Assembly (NCBI GenBank): GCA_048886685.1
Contig: JBHLKM010000019.1
Span: 20,107 to 84,106, forward strand
Reading direction: 5' to 3'
Source of the DNA: Candidatus Hodarchaeota archaeon
GTDB taxonomy: Archaea; Asgardarchaeota; Lokiarchaeia; Sigyniarchaeales; SOKP01
DNA length: 64,000 bases
Shown here: piece by piece, positions 18,402-27,726 of the stretch
Layout of the letters: every line of letters begins with the position of its first letter
Position numbering within the stretch: position 1 is the first letter of the stretch
The notes under the pieces: model-generated
The model's input: only the letters and a program-made list of their open reading frames with translations
What the model was told of the DNA's origin: nothing
The model's database searches: none
Translations under genes and position numbers: made by a program

Positions 18402-20432
18402 TTGACTATAAAAGAAGAAAAAGTTAAAGAGACTGAACAATTAGGGGAAAAGGTTGAAACCGAAGAAAGCGAAGAGCCACGAATAGGTGTATTCGTGTGT
18501 CATTGTGGACATAATATTGCCGGAACTGTGGACGTTGCTAAAGTTGCGGAATATGCATCAACATTACCAAACGTAGTAAAAGCAGAGCATTATATGTTTA
18601 TGTGTTCCAAACCAGGAGTTCAAATGGTTAAAGATTCTATTGAAGAACTTGGAGTTAATAGAACTGTTGTTGCTTCATGCTCTAAAAATCAACATGGGAA
18701 AACTTTTGCGAGAGCAATTGAAGAAGTTGGATTGAACAAACATCGTCATCAACAGGTTAATGTGAGAGAGTACGATAGTTGGGTTCATCAAAAAGAAAAA
18801 GAGAAAGCAACTCAAAAGGCTATGAGACTTGTTGAAGCAGGAGTGAATCGATCAAGGAAATTGGAAGATGTCGAAACGAGGAGAATTCCAACGACTAAGG
18901 CGGCATTAGTTATCGGTGCAGGGATAGCTGGTTTGCGATCTGCCTACGATATGGCAGAATTAGGAATCCCAGTAGTTCTAGTAGAAAAAGAATCTACAAT
19001 AGGAGGTCATATGACACGTTTAAACAAAACATTCCCAACTTTAGAATGTCCACAGTGTTCCATCTCTCCACTTACAAATGGAGTTGCGAATCACCCACTA
19101 ATAGAGCTTTATACAAATGCTCAAATTAAAAGCGTTGAAGGTTCTTTAGGTAATTTCGAGGTTGAAATCGAGATAAAGCCTCGCTATGTGAAAGATAATT
19201 GTACTTCTTGCGGTGAATGTGCGGCACACTGCCCCGTAGAAGTACCAAGTGAATGGGATATGGAAATGTCGATGAGAAATGCGATTTACAAAGCTTATCC
19301 TCAGGCAATCCCCGCAACATATGTAAGAGATAAAAAGAATTGTATTGAGTGTAATACTTGTATTAATATTTGTCCTGTTCAAGCAGTTGATTTCTCTATG
19401 CAATCAGAGACTAAGACTGTAAAGGTTGGCTCAATAATCGTTGCGGCGGGATATGATGAGTATGATCCTACCGAAATTGAACCTTATCATTATGGACAAG
19501 AGGGTTTTGAAGATGTAATAACTCAGCTGAAACTAGAGAGAATGTTATCTCCAACTTCACTTACAAATAGTCAAGTACTTAGACCATCAGATGGTAAAAT
19601 TCCTAAAAGCGTTGTTATGATCCAATGTGTAGGAAGTAGAAACGACCAAGTTGGAAATAAATATTGTACGGGAGTATGCTGTAAGGTCGCTATTAAAAAT
19701 GCTAGAATCATAAAAGAAATGTATCCTCATACTGATGTATCAATATGTTATATTGATATAAGGACTCCAGGATTAAACTTTGAAGAATTGTATAAATCTG
19801 CTCAAGAAATTGGAGTTAGATTTATCCGTGGTAGACCATCAGAAATTGTAAAAAACCCAATATCAGGAGAGTTAAAAGTAATTGTTGAAGATACATTAAG
19901 TCAAACACCATTACAATTAAAAGCTGATTTAGTTGTACTTTCTGCTGCTATGGTTCCTCCTGAGGGAATTGGTCCACTTGGTTCTAAACTTCATGTACTA
20001 AGATCAAAAGAAGGATTCTTAAAAGAATTTCATATAAAAATGAATCCTACTCTAAGTAGTAAAGGAGGAATTTTCTTAGCTGGGGCTATACAAGGACCCA
20101 AAGACATTTCTGAAACTGTAGCTCATGCTGGAAATGCTGCCGCATTAGCAGCTGCTCCTTTAGTGAAAGGCTACATTGAAAAAGAGATGTTGGTTCCTTC
20201 AATAGATTATGATTTATGCGTTAACTGCGGTTTATGTAAAACTATCTGTGCTCCAGCTGCAATTGACATCGATGAGAATGGAATTCCTGCTATAAATGAG
20301 ATTGCTTGTAAGTCCTGTGGTATGTGTATGCCTGTATGTCCTACAGGAGCAATTCAATTAATAAATTTTAGTGATGATCAATTATTAGATGAAATAATCG
20401 CCGTATCTGGCGGAGGTGCTGTTTGCGAATGA
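18402..20432 (+). CDS. hdrA: Heterodisulfide reductase subunit A (Cys form)
   Basis: RIGVFVCHCG.NIAG, IGAGIAG, KTFPTLEC..C, IQCVGSR...YC...CC, inserted and C-terminal ferredoxin domains. Confidence 0.95.
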   Translation: MTIKEEKVKETEQLGEKVETEESEEPRIGVFVCHCGHNIAGTVDVAKVAEYASTLPNVVKAEHYMFMCSKPGVQMVKDSIEELGVNRTVVASCSKNQHGKTFARAIEEVGLNKHRHQQVNVREYDSWVHQKEKEKATQKAMRLVEAGVNRSRKLEDVETRRIPTTKAALVIGAGIAGLRSAYDMAELGIPVVLVEKESTIGGHMTRLNKTFPTLECPQCSISPLTNGVANHPLIELYTNAQIKSVEGSLGNFEVEIEIKPRYVKDNCTSCGECAAHCPVEVPSEWDMEMSMRNAIYKAYPQAIPATYVRDKKNCIECNTCINICPVQAVDFSMQSETKTVKVGSIIVAAGYDEYDPTEIEPYHYGQEGFEDVITQLKLERMLSPTSLTNSQVLRPSDGKIPKSVVMIQCVGSRNDQVGNKYCTGVCCKVAIKNARIIKEMYPHTDVSICYIDIRTPGLNFEELYKSAQEIGVRFIRGRPSEIVKNPISGELKVIVEDTLSQTPLQLKADLVVLSAAMVPPEGIGPLGSKLHVLRSKEGFLKEFHIKMNPTLSSKGGIFLAGAIQGPKDISETVAHAGNAAALAAAPLVKGYIEKEMLVPSIDYDLCVNCGLCKTICAPAAIDIDENGIPAINEIACKSCGMCMPVCPTGAIQLINFSDDQLLDEIIAVSGGGAVCE

Positions 20433-20881
20433 GCGAATGTGAAACTATTGATGAAGCTATTCAGGAGAAAATTCAAAATGTAGTAGTTTTTATGTGTAAT
20501 GAATGTGGTCAAGGTTCTGCTAACACTGCGGGAGTAGCTCGAATGGGTTATGATCCTGCTATAAGAATCATAAGAGTTCAATGTACAGGTCAAGTTGGAC
20601 CTATTCAAATAATGGATGCATTAAATAATGGTGCTGATGCAGTTGCGTGTGTTGGATGCTGCTTAGGAGCTTGTCATTTTTTCAATGGAAACATCTTATC
20701 GATGCATAGAATAAAACTGATGAAAAAGTTATTTAAGGAATTAGGTTATAGTGATCAATTTGTTAATCAATATACTTCTAGGGCTGCTGAAGGTGAAACT
20801 GCTGTAGGAGATTTTGAAGATATATTAGAAAGGTTATCAACAGCAATTAAAGAGGAGGGTACGATTAAAGATGGATGTTAA
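20429..20881 (+). CDS. mvhD: MvhD/FlpD-type [2Fe-2S] adaptor subunit
   Basis: F.CNEC....A..AG, IRVQCTG, GADAV...GC..G.CHF..GN; ATGA overlap with hdrA. Confidence 0.88.
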   Translation: MSECETIDEAIQEKIQNVVVFMCNECGQGSANTAGVARMGYDPAIRIIRVQCTGQVGPIQIMDALNNGADAVACVGCCLGACHFFNGNILSMHRIKLMKKLFKELGYSDQFVNQYTSRAAEGETAVGDFEDILERLSTAIKEEGTIKDGC

Positions 20882-22106
20882 AGTTTTTCAATTCAATGGT
20901 TGTAATAAATGTTTTAACGAATCATTATTGCTAAAATTAAGTTCAGATTTAAATGTTGAATACATTAAAGACCCTAAGACATGGAAAGAAGAAAAAATAG
21001 AAACAGCGGTTATAACAGGATATCTACTCCCAACTGATAGAGAAATGATCAATAAGATAAGATCTAATGCAAAGAAAGTTATAGCTTATGGTAGCTGTCC
21101 TGTTAGTGGTGGAGTTTATGCATTAGCAAACCAAAATGGATATGAAATAACTCCTTTGAAAGACTTGGGTGATAATGTAATTGAAATTGAAGGTTGTTTA
21201 GGCGAAATTGATGAGCTGAAATCAGTTATTAAAAATCTAGAGTTAACTAAACCTAGAAAATTATGTGATTTATGTACTCGTAGAGCTACATGTGATTACT
21301 TAGATAAAGTGAATCGTCAAATCGAGTTTAATGATGAGGACACTTGTTTTAATGACTTAGGTTTTCTTTGTAGCGGATTTGTTGCTCGAGAATGTAAAGA
21401 ACGCTGTATTGACTACAATACACCGTGTAGGGGATGTAAACAATTAGTTGAAAGGTCGGGAATCCGTATGCTTGGTATGTTTGGAACACTCATGGGAAAC
21501 ATTGAAGTTGCCACAGAACACTCAGTTAAAGGAGCAACAGATAAATTAGCTGATGAAGAGGATGATGTAACGAGAAGTTTACCAGATATTCTAGGAAATT
21601 TCTTCAGATTTACATTGACTACTTCAGGACTACCTAAAGGAAGAATTCCATCTTCTGGTACTTTATTAGAGGATTTATTTACTGGAAGATTAATTGAAGA
21701 ATTACCATTAATTACAGGGCTCTTAGGAGGAGATAAATCAATTTCACTTACCTTGAAAATAATTGAATCATATGAAAAAGCTAATCAAATTGAAATTAGC
21801 GAGCAAACTAGGAAATATCGAGAACAATTGCTAACTTTAGAAGAAAAATTACATGAAGCAATAGAAAAAGAAGATGCAGAACAATATAAAGAAATCACTG
21901 GAGAAATCCGTCAAATAGCTGGAAATATGAATTTGTCAAATGTGTTCTTTGGTGGATTCAAATCAAAAATAAATGATGATGATAATTTTGAAGATTATAA
22001 ACCCCACATTTTTGAAGTGGTTGAAGGAACTTATAAAAACGGTTCTGTAGAATATAGCATAGATTCAGATGGAATAATTAAAGAAATTAAAATAAGAGAG
22101 GGATAA
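20871..22106 (+). CDS. MvhG-like Fe-S subunit fused to a degenerate hydrogenase large-subunit relic
   Basis: GCNKC..S, AYGSC...GG, GC, LCDLC, CF...G.LC.G, C...C....PCRGC. The Cys-free C-terminal ~150 aa resembles MvhA segments. Confidence 0.75.
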   Translation: MDVKVFQFNGCNKCFNESLLLKLSSDLNVEYIKDPKTWKEEKIETAVITGYLLPTDREMINKIRSNAKKVIAYGSCPVSGGVYALANQNGYEITPLKDLGDNVIEIEGCLGEIDELKSVIKNLELTKPRKLCDLCTRRATCDYLDKVNRQIEFNDEDTCFNDLGFLCSGFVARECKERCIDYNTPCRGCKQLVERSGIRMLGMFGTLMGNIEVATEHSVKGATDKLADEEDDVTRSLPDILGNFFRFTLTTSGLPKGRIPSSGTLLEDLFTGRLIEELPLITGLLGGDKSISLTLKIIESYEKANQIEISEQTRKYREQLLTLEEKLHEAIEKEDAEQYKEITGEIRQIAGNMNLSNVFFGGFKSKINDDDNFEDYKPHIFEVVEGTYKNGSVEYSIDSDGIIKEIKIREG

Positions 22107-22108
22107 AC

Positions 22109-24580
22109 ATGAGTTTTGAATTACTAAAAAATGAAATTATCGATGCGGGTTTGTGTCAAGGATGTGGATTATGTGCTGGTTCATGTAAGCACATAGAAAT
22201 GGATATACTACGCCCAACATTAAAAGATTATTGTATTCTTGAAAGAGATGGAAAAGATTGTGGTAAATGCTATCAAGGTTGTCCACAAGTTATTCAGAAA
22301 AAATTCGAGCAAAGGCAACCAAAAGTGGTTTATTCATTAAGAAGTAAAAATCCAGAAATACTCGCAAAAGCGGCTAGTGGTGGAGTAGTCACAACAATAG
22401 CTAAGGAATTATTAGAAAAGGGAGAACTTGCCGAAATTGTGATGGTTCAAGACGTTGAAGAAAAACCTCAAGCTGAGATAGTTTCTGATCCAGATGAAGT
22501 TGTACAAAAAGCAGGTGTCGTTTATGGACGCTCAGGAGTCTTACAAAAGTTAGTAGATGTTGTTGGGGAAACTTTCGAACCGGTAGGAATTGTAGGTGTC
22601 CCATGTGAAATACGAGGTGCAGCTGAACTGGAAGAAGAAATGAATAGGGATATTCTGAAAATTGGATTATTTTGCAATTCCCATATGCGAACCGAGCAAA
22701 CTGATAAAGGATTGGTGTGTTCACCTTGTTGTAGTGGCTGTCCGTCAGGAGTAAATGCCCAAGGATATATTTCCTTAATAAGACAAGGAGAATACCGAGA
22801 AGCAGTAGATTTAATCCGAGAAAATAATCCACTTCCTTCTATATGCGGAAGGATTTGCACGAATGAATGTGAGCATGGATGTACTTTGATAGGAGATGAT
22901 CATCCCGTAGCAATCCGGGAATTAAAAAAGTTTGTTACCGAATGGGAAATTGAACAATCTAAGAAGATTGAGCCTAAATCTAAGATTAAATCAAAAAAGA
23001 ATGCAAAAAAGGTTGCAATTATTGGATCTGGACCCGCTGGATTAACAGCAGGATATTTTTTGAAGAGAATGGGATATGCACCAACTATATTCGAAAAGTC
23101 AGATCAGACAGGAGGCATGCTAAGATTCGGAGTGCCACAATTTAGATTACCTAATTATGTATTAGATTATGACGTAAATATGATTAAAAACTCTGGCGTT
23201 GAAATCATTCTTAATAAACCTTTAGGACCAGAAATGACTATTGATGACTTAAAAAATGATGGATTTGAAGCGATTTTCATAGCTACTGGTCAATATAAAC
23301 CTCGAACATTACATCTAGAAGGAGAAGATCTACCAAACGTACACGTGGCTATTACATTTCTTATGGATCGCAAGTATAGGTACTGGGAAAATAAAGAAGA
23401 ATTCAAGGGAAAAACAGTAGGAATAATTGGTGGAGGCCCAGTTGCAGTAGATGTTGCTCAAACTGCTCTCAGATTAGGCGCTGAAAAAATTCATCTTGTT
23501 GATATCATGTCTGAAGAACAACTTGAGTTAGTATTAAAAGAGATTCCTGAAAATGAATTTGAATTTATGGAGTATCACTTTACAACATCAACTTCAAAGA
23601 TTACTCAGAGCGAAGATGGTAAATTAGTGCTAAACAGTTATAAAGTTGAATGGTGGACTTCTGATGAAACAGGGAGAAAAGCAATGAATAAAGTTAAAGG
23701 GTCCGATTATGAAATTCCAATTGATTCCATTGTAATTGCGGTAGGTCAAGCTGTGGATTTTGATCAAATTGATATAGCTACAGATAATAAATTAGAAAAA
23801 GAGCGAAATAAAATCAAAGTGAATGAGGTTACTTTCGAAACAAGTATTCCAGGAGTATTTGCTGGGGGAGATATTATTAACAACTCGAAAGCCGTGGCAA
23901 TCGCGGCAATTGCACATGGAAAAGAAGCTGCAATCTCAATTGATAGGTATCTTAAAGGTGAGAGTTTAATAGAAGGTAGATATAAGCAAGATAAGATGTT
24001 TTTTAAAGGTCCTAAGAAACCGCCAAAAGATTATTCACCAAAACCAGAAACTTTAGAAGATGCTACTGAAGAAATCGCATGGAGTTTTGAAGAAATCGAT
24101 CAAATGTTTGATGAAGAGATGGCAATACAAGAAGCACGTAGGTGTTTGAGCTGTAATCATTTCTGCTCACATTGTCAAGATTTTCCTGCTATTTATTCTG
24201 ATTTAACAGCAGGAGAAGTAGGATCCCAGGAAGGATTTACAACTTTGGTAGTATGGACTGATAAAGGTAAAGAAATCATAGAGAAAGCAATTAAAAATGG
24301 ATTATTTGAAGAAGGAGAAGTAAACAAGGAAGAATTAAATAACGCGATAAATCTTAAATCTAAGCGAGAGCTTTTAACGTTTGAAAAAACTCCAAGACAA
24401 CGAGTATTAGATTACATTACGCTTCAAGGACCAACTACAATTAGTGATATGGCTAAAAAGTTAAATCTAGACTCTAAAAAAATACGATATGAAGCCCTTC
24501 GATTAACCCAATTAATGCAAGTTGAGATGAAGGTTGATCCAGGAATGCAAGAACCAATTTTTACTTTAATTTGTGAATAA
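22109..24580 (+). CDS. FrhB-type F420-binding subunit with inserted GltD/NfnB-like NAD(P)H flavoprotein and C-terminal wHTH
   Basis: CQGCGLC...C, ASGGVVT, VGVPCE, IGLFC; then CP......YI/NPLPSICGRIC, IGSGPAG, IGGG.VA.D, GVFAGGD, EARRCLSC; then CSHCQDF...SD...G.VGS.EGFTT. Confidence 0.88.
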   Translation: MSFELLKNEIIDAGLCQGCGLCAGSCKHIEMDILRPTLKDYCILERDGKDCGKCYQGCPQVIQKKFEQRQPKVVYSLRSKNPEILAKAASGGVVTTIAKELLEKGELAEIVMVQDVEEKPQAEIVSDPDEVVQKAGVVYGRSGVLQKLVDVVGETFEPVGIVGVPCEIRGAAELEEEMNRDILKIGLFCNSHMRTEQTDKGLVCSPCCSGCPSGVNAQGYISLIRQGEYREAVDLIRENNPLPSICGRICTNECEHGCTLIGDDHPVAIRELKKFVTEWEIEQSKKIEPKSKIKSKKNAKKVAIIGSGPAGLTAGYFLKRMGYAPTIFEKSDQTGGMLRFGVPQFRLPNYVLDYDVNMIKNSGVEIILNKPLGPEMTIDDLKNDGFEAIFIATGQYKPRTLHLEGEDLPNVHVAITFLMDRKYRYWENKEEFKGKTVGIIGGGPVAVDVAQTALRLGAEKIHLVDIMSEEQLELVLKEIPENEFEFMEYHFTTSTSKITQSEDGKLVLNSYKVEWWTSDETGRKAMNKVKGSDYEIPIDSIVIAVGQAVDFDQIDIATDNKLEKERNKIKVNEVTFETSIPGVFAGGDIINNSKAVAIAAIAHGKEAAISIDRYLKGESLIEGRYKQDKMFFKGPKKPPKDYSPKPETLEDATEEIAWSFEEIDQMFDEEMAIQEARRCLSCNHFCSHCQDFPAIYSDLTAGEVGSQEGFTTLVVWTDKGKEIIEKAIKNGLFEEGEVNKEELNNAINLKSKRELLTFEKTPRQRVLDYITLQGPTTISDMAKKLNLDSKKIRYEALRLTQLMQVEMKVDPGMQEPIFTLICE

Positions 24581-24613
24581 AAAAAATAAATAGTTATCAA
24601 GAGGTAAAAAATT

Positions 24614-24850
24614 ATGAAATGCGATATGGAATTAAATGTTTGTGGCTCTGTATGCCCCGTACCAGCTTTAAAGACGAAAAAGCAACTTATGAAAATGAGA
24701 CCTGGCACAGTGTTAAAGGTAATAACAGACTACAAACCAGCAAGCGAATCTGTTCCACGCGATTTAGCTAAAACCAAGCATAGACATTTAGGAACAGAGT
24801 TCATAGAAGATGATGAGCAGTGGTATATCTATTTTGAAGCAGTGAAATAA
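24614..24850 (+). CDS. tusA: Second TusA/SirA sulfur-carrier protein
   Basis: L.VCGSVCPVPAL, L.VITDY.PA.ESVP. Confidence 0.88.
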   Translation: MKCDMELNVCGSVCPVPALKTKKQLMKMRPGTVLKVITDYKPASESVPRDLAKTKHRHLGTEFIEDDEQWYIYFEAVK

Positions 24851-24972
24851 GGATTCATACATAAAAATTAATTTTTTTATACTTTCTTTTTTATTCTATT
24901 TTTTACATCATATTTAAAATTATTATTAGCTTATGCATTAATAATCCAAGTTTTTCCTATATAGATAGTTGT

Positions 24973-26928
24973 ATGTCGCATTCAGAGCATAAAGAATTAA
25001 TTCAAGCAGAAAAACTTATTAAAGAAGGTAAAATCGAAAAAGCTCTTCAAACAGTAAATGATTTGGGAAAAAAAAAAGATCTCTCTTACCATGGGCGAAT
25101 TTCATATTATACACTCAAAAGTAACCTCGCTTTTTATTTTTTAGATGGAAATGAACTTACTAAATATGCTGAAAAGGCTTATCGTGAAAGTCAAAAGCTA
25201 AAAAATTCCCTACTATTGCTTGATGTTTATATTCAGATGGCAAATTCTTTAATTTTGCATTCTAAGACAATTGAAGTATCTGAATTCATCAAAAGGAGTG
25301 AAGAATTAATAAATACACTCCCTAGAGAATTAACCACAGATATTACTAAAAGAAAGGCATATATTTTATGGTTAAAAAGTTATGAATATCGAGAAAGAGG
25401 AGATCTAGATAAAGCAATAGAATATGCAGAACAGGCTCTCGTATTATTCGAAGATCTTAACCTTAGAGCAGATATTGCATTAGGTCTATTCCGACTTGGA
25501 GTGCTTTCCTGGTTAAATGGGGATTTAAATTCTGCTCTTGAATATTCTGAATCATGTAAAATGCATGCTAAGAATCTTAACTTAAAACGTCTTACTCACC
25601 GCTGCTACGTACAATTCGGAATAATTTATCAAATGAAAGGTGAATTAGATCTAGCTCTTAGTTATAATGAAAAAGTACTAGCGTTTGCAGAGAAAGAAAA
25701 CGATTTAGGATTAAGATCAACTATATATAATAATATAGGAATTCTCTACCAAGAAAAAGGAGATTACAATCGTGCTTTAAAGAATATGGAAAAAAGTATA
25801 ACTATTGCAGAAGAGATTGGTATAAATATACGAAAATTTACAGTTTCTGATTCAATATTTCATTTAGCTCTTGATATGAACGATCTCGAACGAGCAGAAC
25901 AATGTTTAAATCGAATGGAGCAAATTGCTGATCAAGAGAAGAATCAAACAAATCGTTATAACATATGGTATAACATAGATAGAGCTATATTCTTGAAAAA
26001 AAGCCCCCGAGCTCTTAATCGGGGCAAAGCTGAAGAAATTTTAAAACAATTAATTCAAGAAGGAATCTCTGATTTTGAATCTTTAAAAATTGCTCTTCTT
26101 CATTTATGTGATTTACTTCTATTTGAATTAAGTGCTACGAGTGAAGCAGAAATACTAGATGAATTGCAAGTTTATATTACTCAATTATTTGACACCGTTA
26201 AAAGCTCTCGTTCTTATTCTTTATTAGCTGAAATTTATTTATTAGAAGCAAGATTGTCGTTAATTACCTTGGATTTGATAAGAGCTCGGAAATTCTTAAC
26301 TAAAGCTCAAGAAATAGCAGAAAAATATGGTCTTAATCGACTAGCAATAAAAATCTCGAATGAACATGATGAGTTACTCAAAGAATTAGATACATGGGAC
26401 AAATTAAAAGAATCAAACGCATCTGTATCTGAACGTTTGGAGCTAGCGCGTCCAAATGAGCAGATGGAGACAATAATCCGGAAACGAGAGATTGTTGTTC
26501 CTAAACCTTCAGATGAAGAACCTGTACTTATTTTAATTATTACAGAGGGAGGGAGGCCACTTTTTTCTCAAACTTTTGTAAAGGATAAATCTTTTGAAGA
26601 CCATCTTTTTGGGGGGTTTTTTACTGCGATCAATTCATTTGTTAATGAAAAATTCTCTGAGGGGCTTGATCGTGCAATCTTCGGTAAGCACACACTCTTG
26701 ATGAATTCTGTATCACCCTTTCTTTTGTGTTACGTATTTAAAGGTCAATCATATTCCGCCCAACACAGGATAAACTATTTTATAAGTAAGTTACAGAAAG
26801 ATAAGGATGTTTGGGAAACTTTTGAGAAATTCTACCAAACGAATATGGAAGTTCAATTGAAAGATGTTCCTTCCTTAGAACCACTTATAAACGAGATATT
26901 TATTAATAGAAAAATTCTAGTGCCATAA
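24973..26928 (+). CDS. TPR protein with C-terminal longin-like domain
   Basis: NNIGILYQEKGDY..AL TPR repeats; paralogue of 7789..9594. Confidence 0.82.
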   Translation: MSHSEHKELIQAEKLIKEGKIEKALQTVNDLGKKKDLSYHGRISYYTLKSNLAFYFLDGNELTKYAEKAYRESQKLKNSLLLLDVYIQMANSLILHSKTIEVSEFIKRSEELINTLPRELTTDITKRKAYILWLKSYEYRERGDLDKAIEYAEQALVLFEDLNLRADIALGLFRLGVLSWLNGDLNSALEYSESCKMHAKNLNLKRLTHRCYVQFGIIYQMKGELDLALSYNEKVLAFAEKENDLGLRSTIYNNIGILYQEKGDYNRALKNMEKSITIAEEIGINIRKFTVSDSIFHLALDMNDLERAEQCLNRMEQIADQEKNQTNRYNIWYNIDRAIFLKKSPRALNRGKAEEILKQLIQEGISDFESLKIALLHLCDLLLFELSATSEAEILDELQVYITQLFDTVKSSRSYSLLAEIYLLEARLSLITLDLIRARKFLTKAQEIAEKYGLNRLAIKISNEHDELLKELDTWDKLKESNASVSERLELARPNEQMETIIRKREIVVPKPSDEEPVLILIITEGGRPLFSQTFVKDKSFEDHLFGGFFTAINSFVNEKFSEGLDRAIFGKHTLLMNSVSPFLLCYVFKGQSYSAQHRINYFISKLQKDKDVWETFEKFYQTNMEVQLKDVPSLEPLINEIFINRKILVP

Positions 26929-26973
26929 TAACTATGAGAAAAGAAAAACTATCTAGATATTAATATCGTAAGA

Positions 26974-27717
26974 TTGGGAACTATGGAGCTTTTAAATCAG
27001 ATCTTTGATGAAATCAAAGAGTCAAATAACCCAGAGGTAATTAATGATTTTTTAATCGAACTAAGTGAAAATCCAAATACCGACCATATAAAATATTTGA
27101 GTTACTTTATTAATAATCAAGATATCAAAATATTTGATAAGATAAAACTGAATCTAATATATGTTTTGGGTGAAATAGGCAATCTAACTCCGTTATCAGA
27201 TAAATATTTAGTGTTTCTGGAAAAAGAATATTACAAATCTGATAGATGGGTGAGAAATGAAATAATTCAAGCTATTTTTAAGATTTCTAAGAATTTAGAC
27301 TTGGGTGAAAAAATAATTGAGTTAATCGCTAACGCGTTAAATGATGAATATTCAGTTATTAAAATAAACACTTTAAAATTAATATCAAATTTCAAGAATC
27401 TCCCAGATATTATTTTAAAAAATCTTGTTCTTCTGATGAACTCGAAGGACCCTGAGATACTAGATGGCTGTAGAAGAATATTAAAACGAATTCCACAAAA
27501 AACGGAGACAATATTTAATACCTTAAATAAATCTAATACCTATAAAATCTTAAAGCCAAGAGGGATAAGAACGTTTCTTTTACTACAATTTAAATCCATA
27601 AATAACACAGAGTCATTTAAAGAAATGATTATAAACTCTAATTGGGATGATAACTATAAAGAAAATTACTTAAAAGAATTATATACATTTGAGAGAATTC
27701 TAGCGAGGAATCTATAA
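26974..27717 (+). CDS. HEAT-repeat-like protein
   Basis: IYVLGEIG, DRWVRNEIIQAI, ALNDE..VIK..TL helical repeats. Confidence 0.65.
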   Translation: MGTMELLNQIFDEIKESNNPEVINDFLIELSENPNTDHIKYLSYFINNQDIKIFDKIKLNLIYVLGEIGNLTPLSDKYLVFLEKEYYKSDRWVRNEIIQAIFKISKNLDLGEKIIELIANALNDEYSVIKINTLKLISNFKNLPDIILKNLVLLMNSKDPEILDGCRRILKRIPQKTETIFNTLNKSNTYKILKPRGIRTFLLLQFKSINNTESFKEMIINSNWDDNYKENYLKELYTFERILARNL

Positions 27718-27726
27718 ACTATAATT

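Noticed and set aside
20430-20432. hdrA TGA as selenocysteine readthrough into mvhD
   Set aside because: mvhD is in another frame (ATGA overlap), and the hdrA frame hits TAG shortly after.
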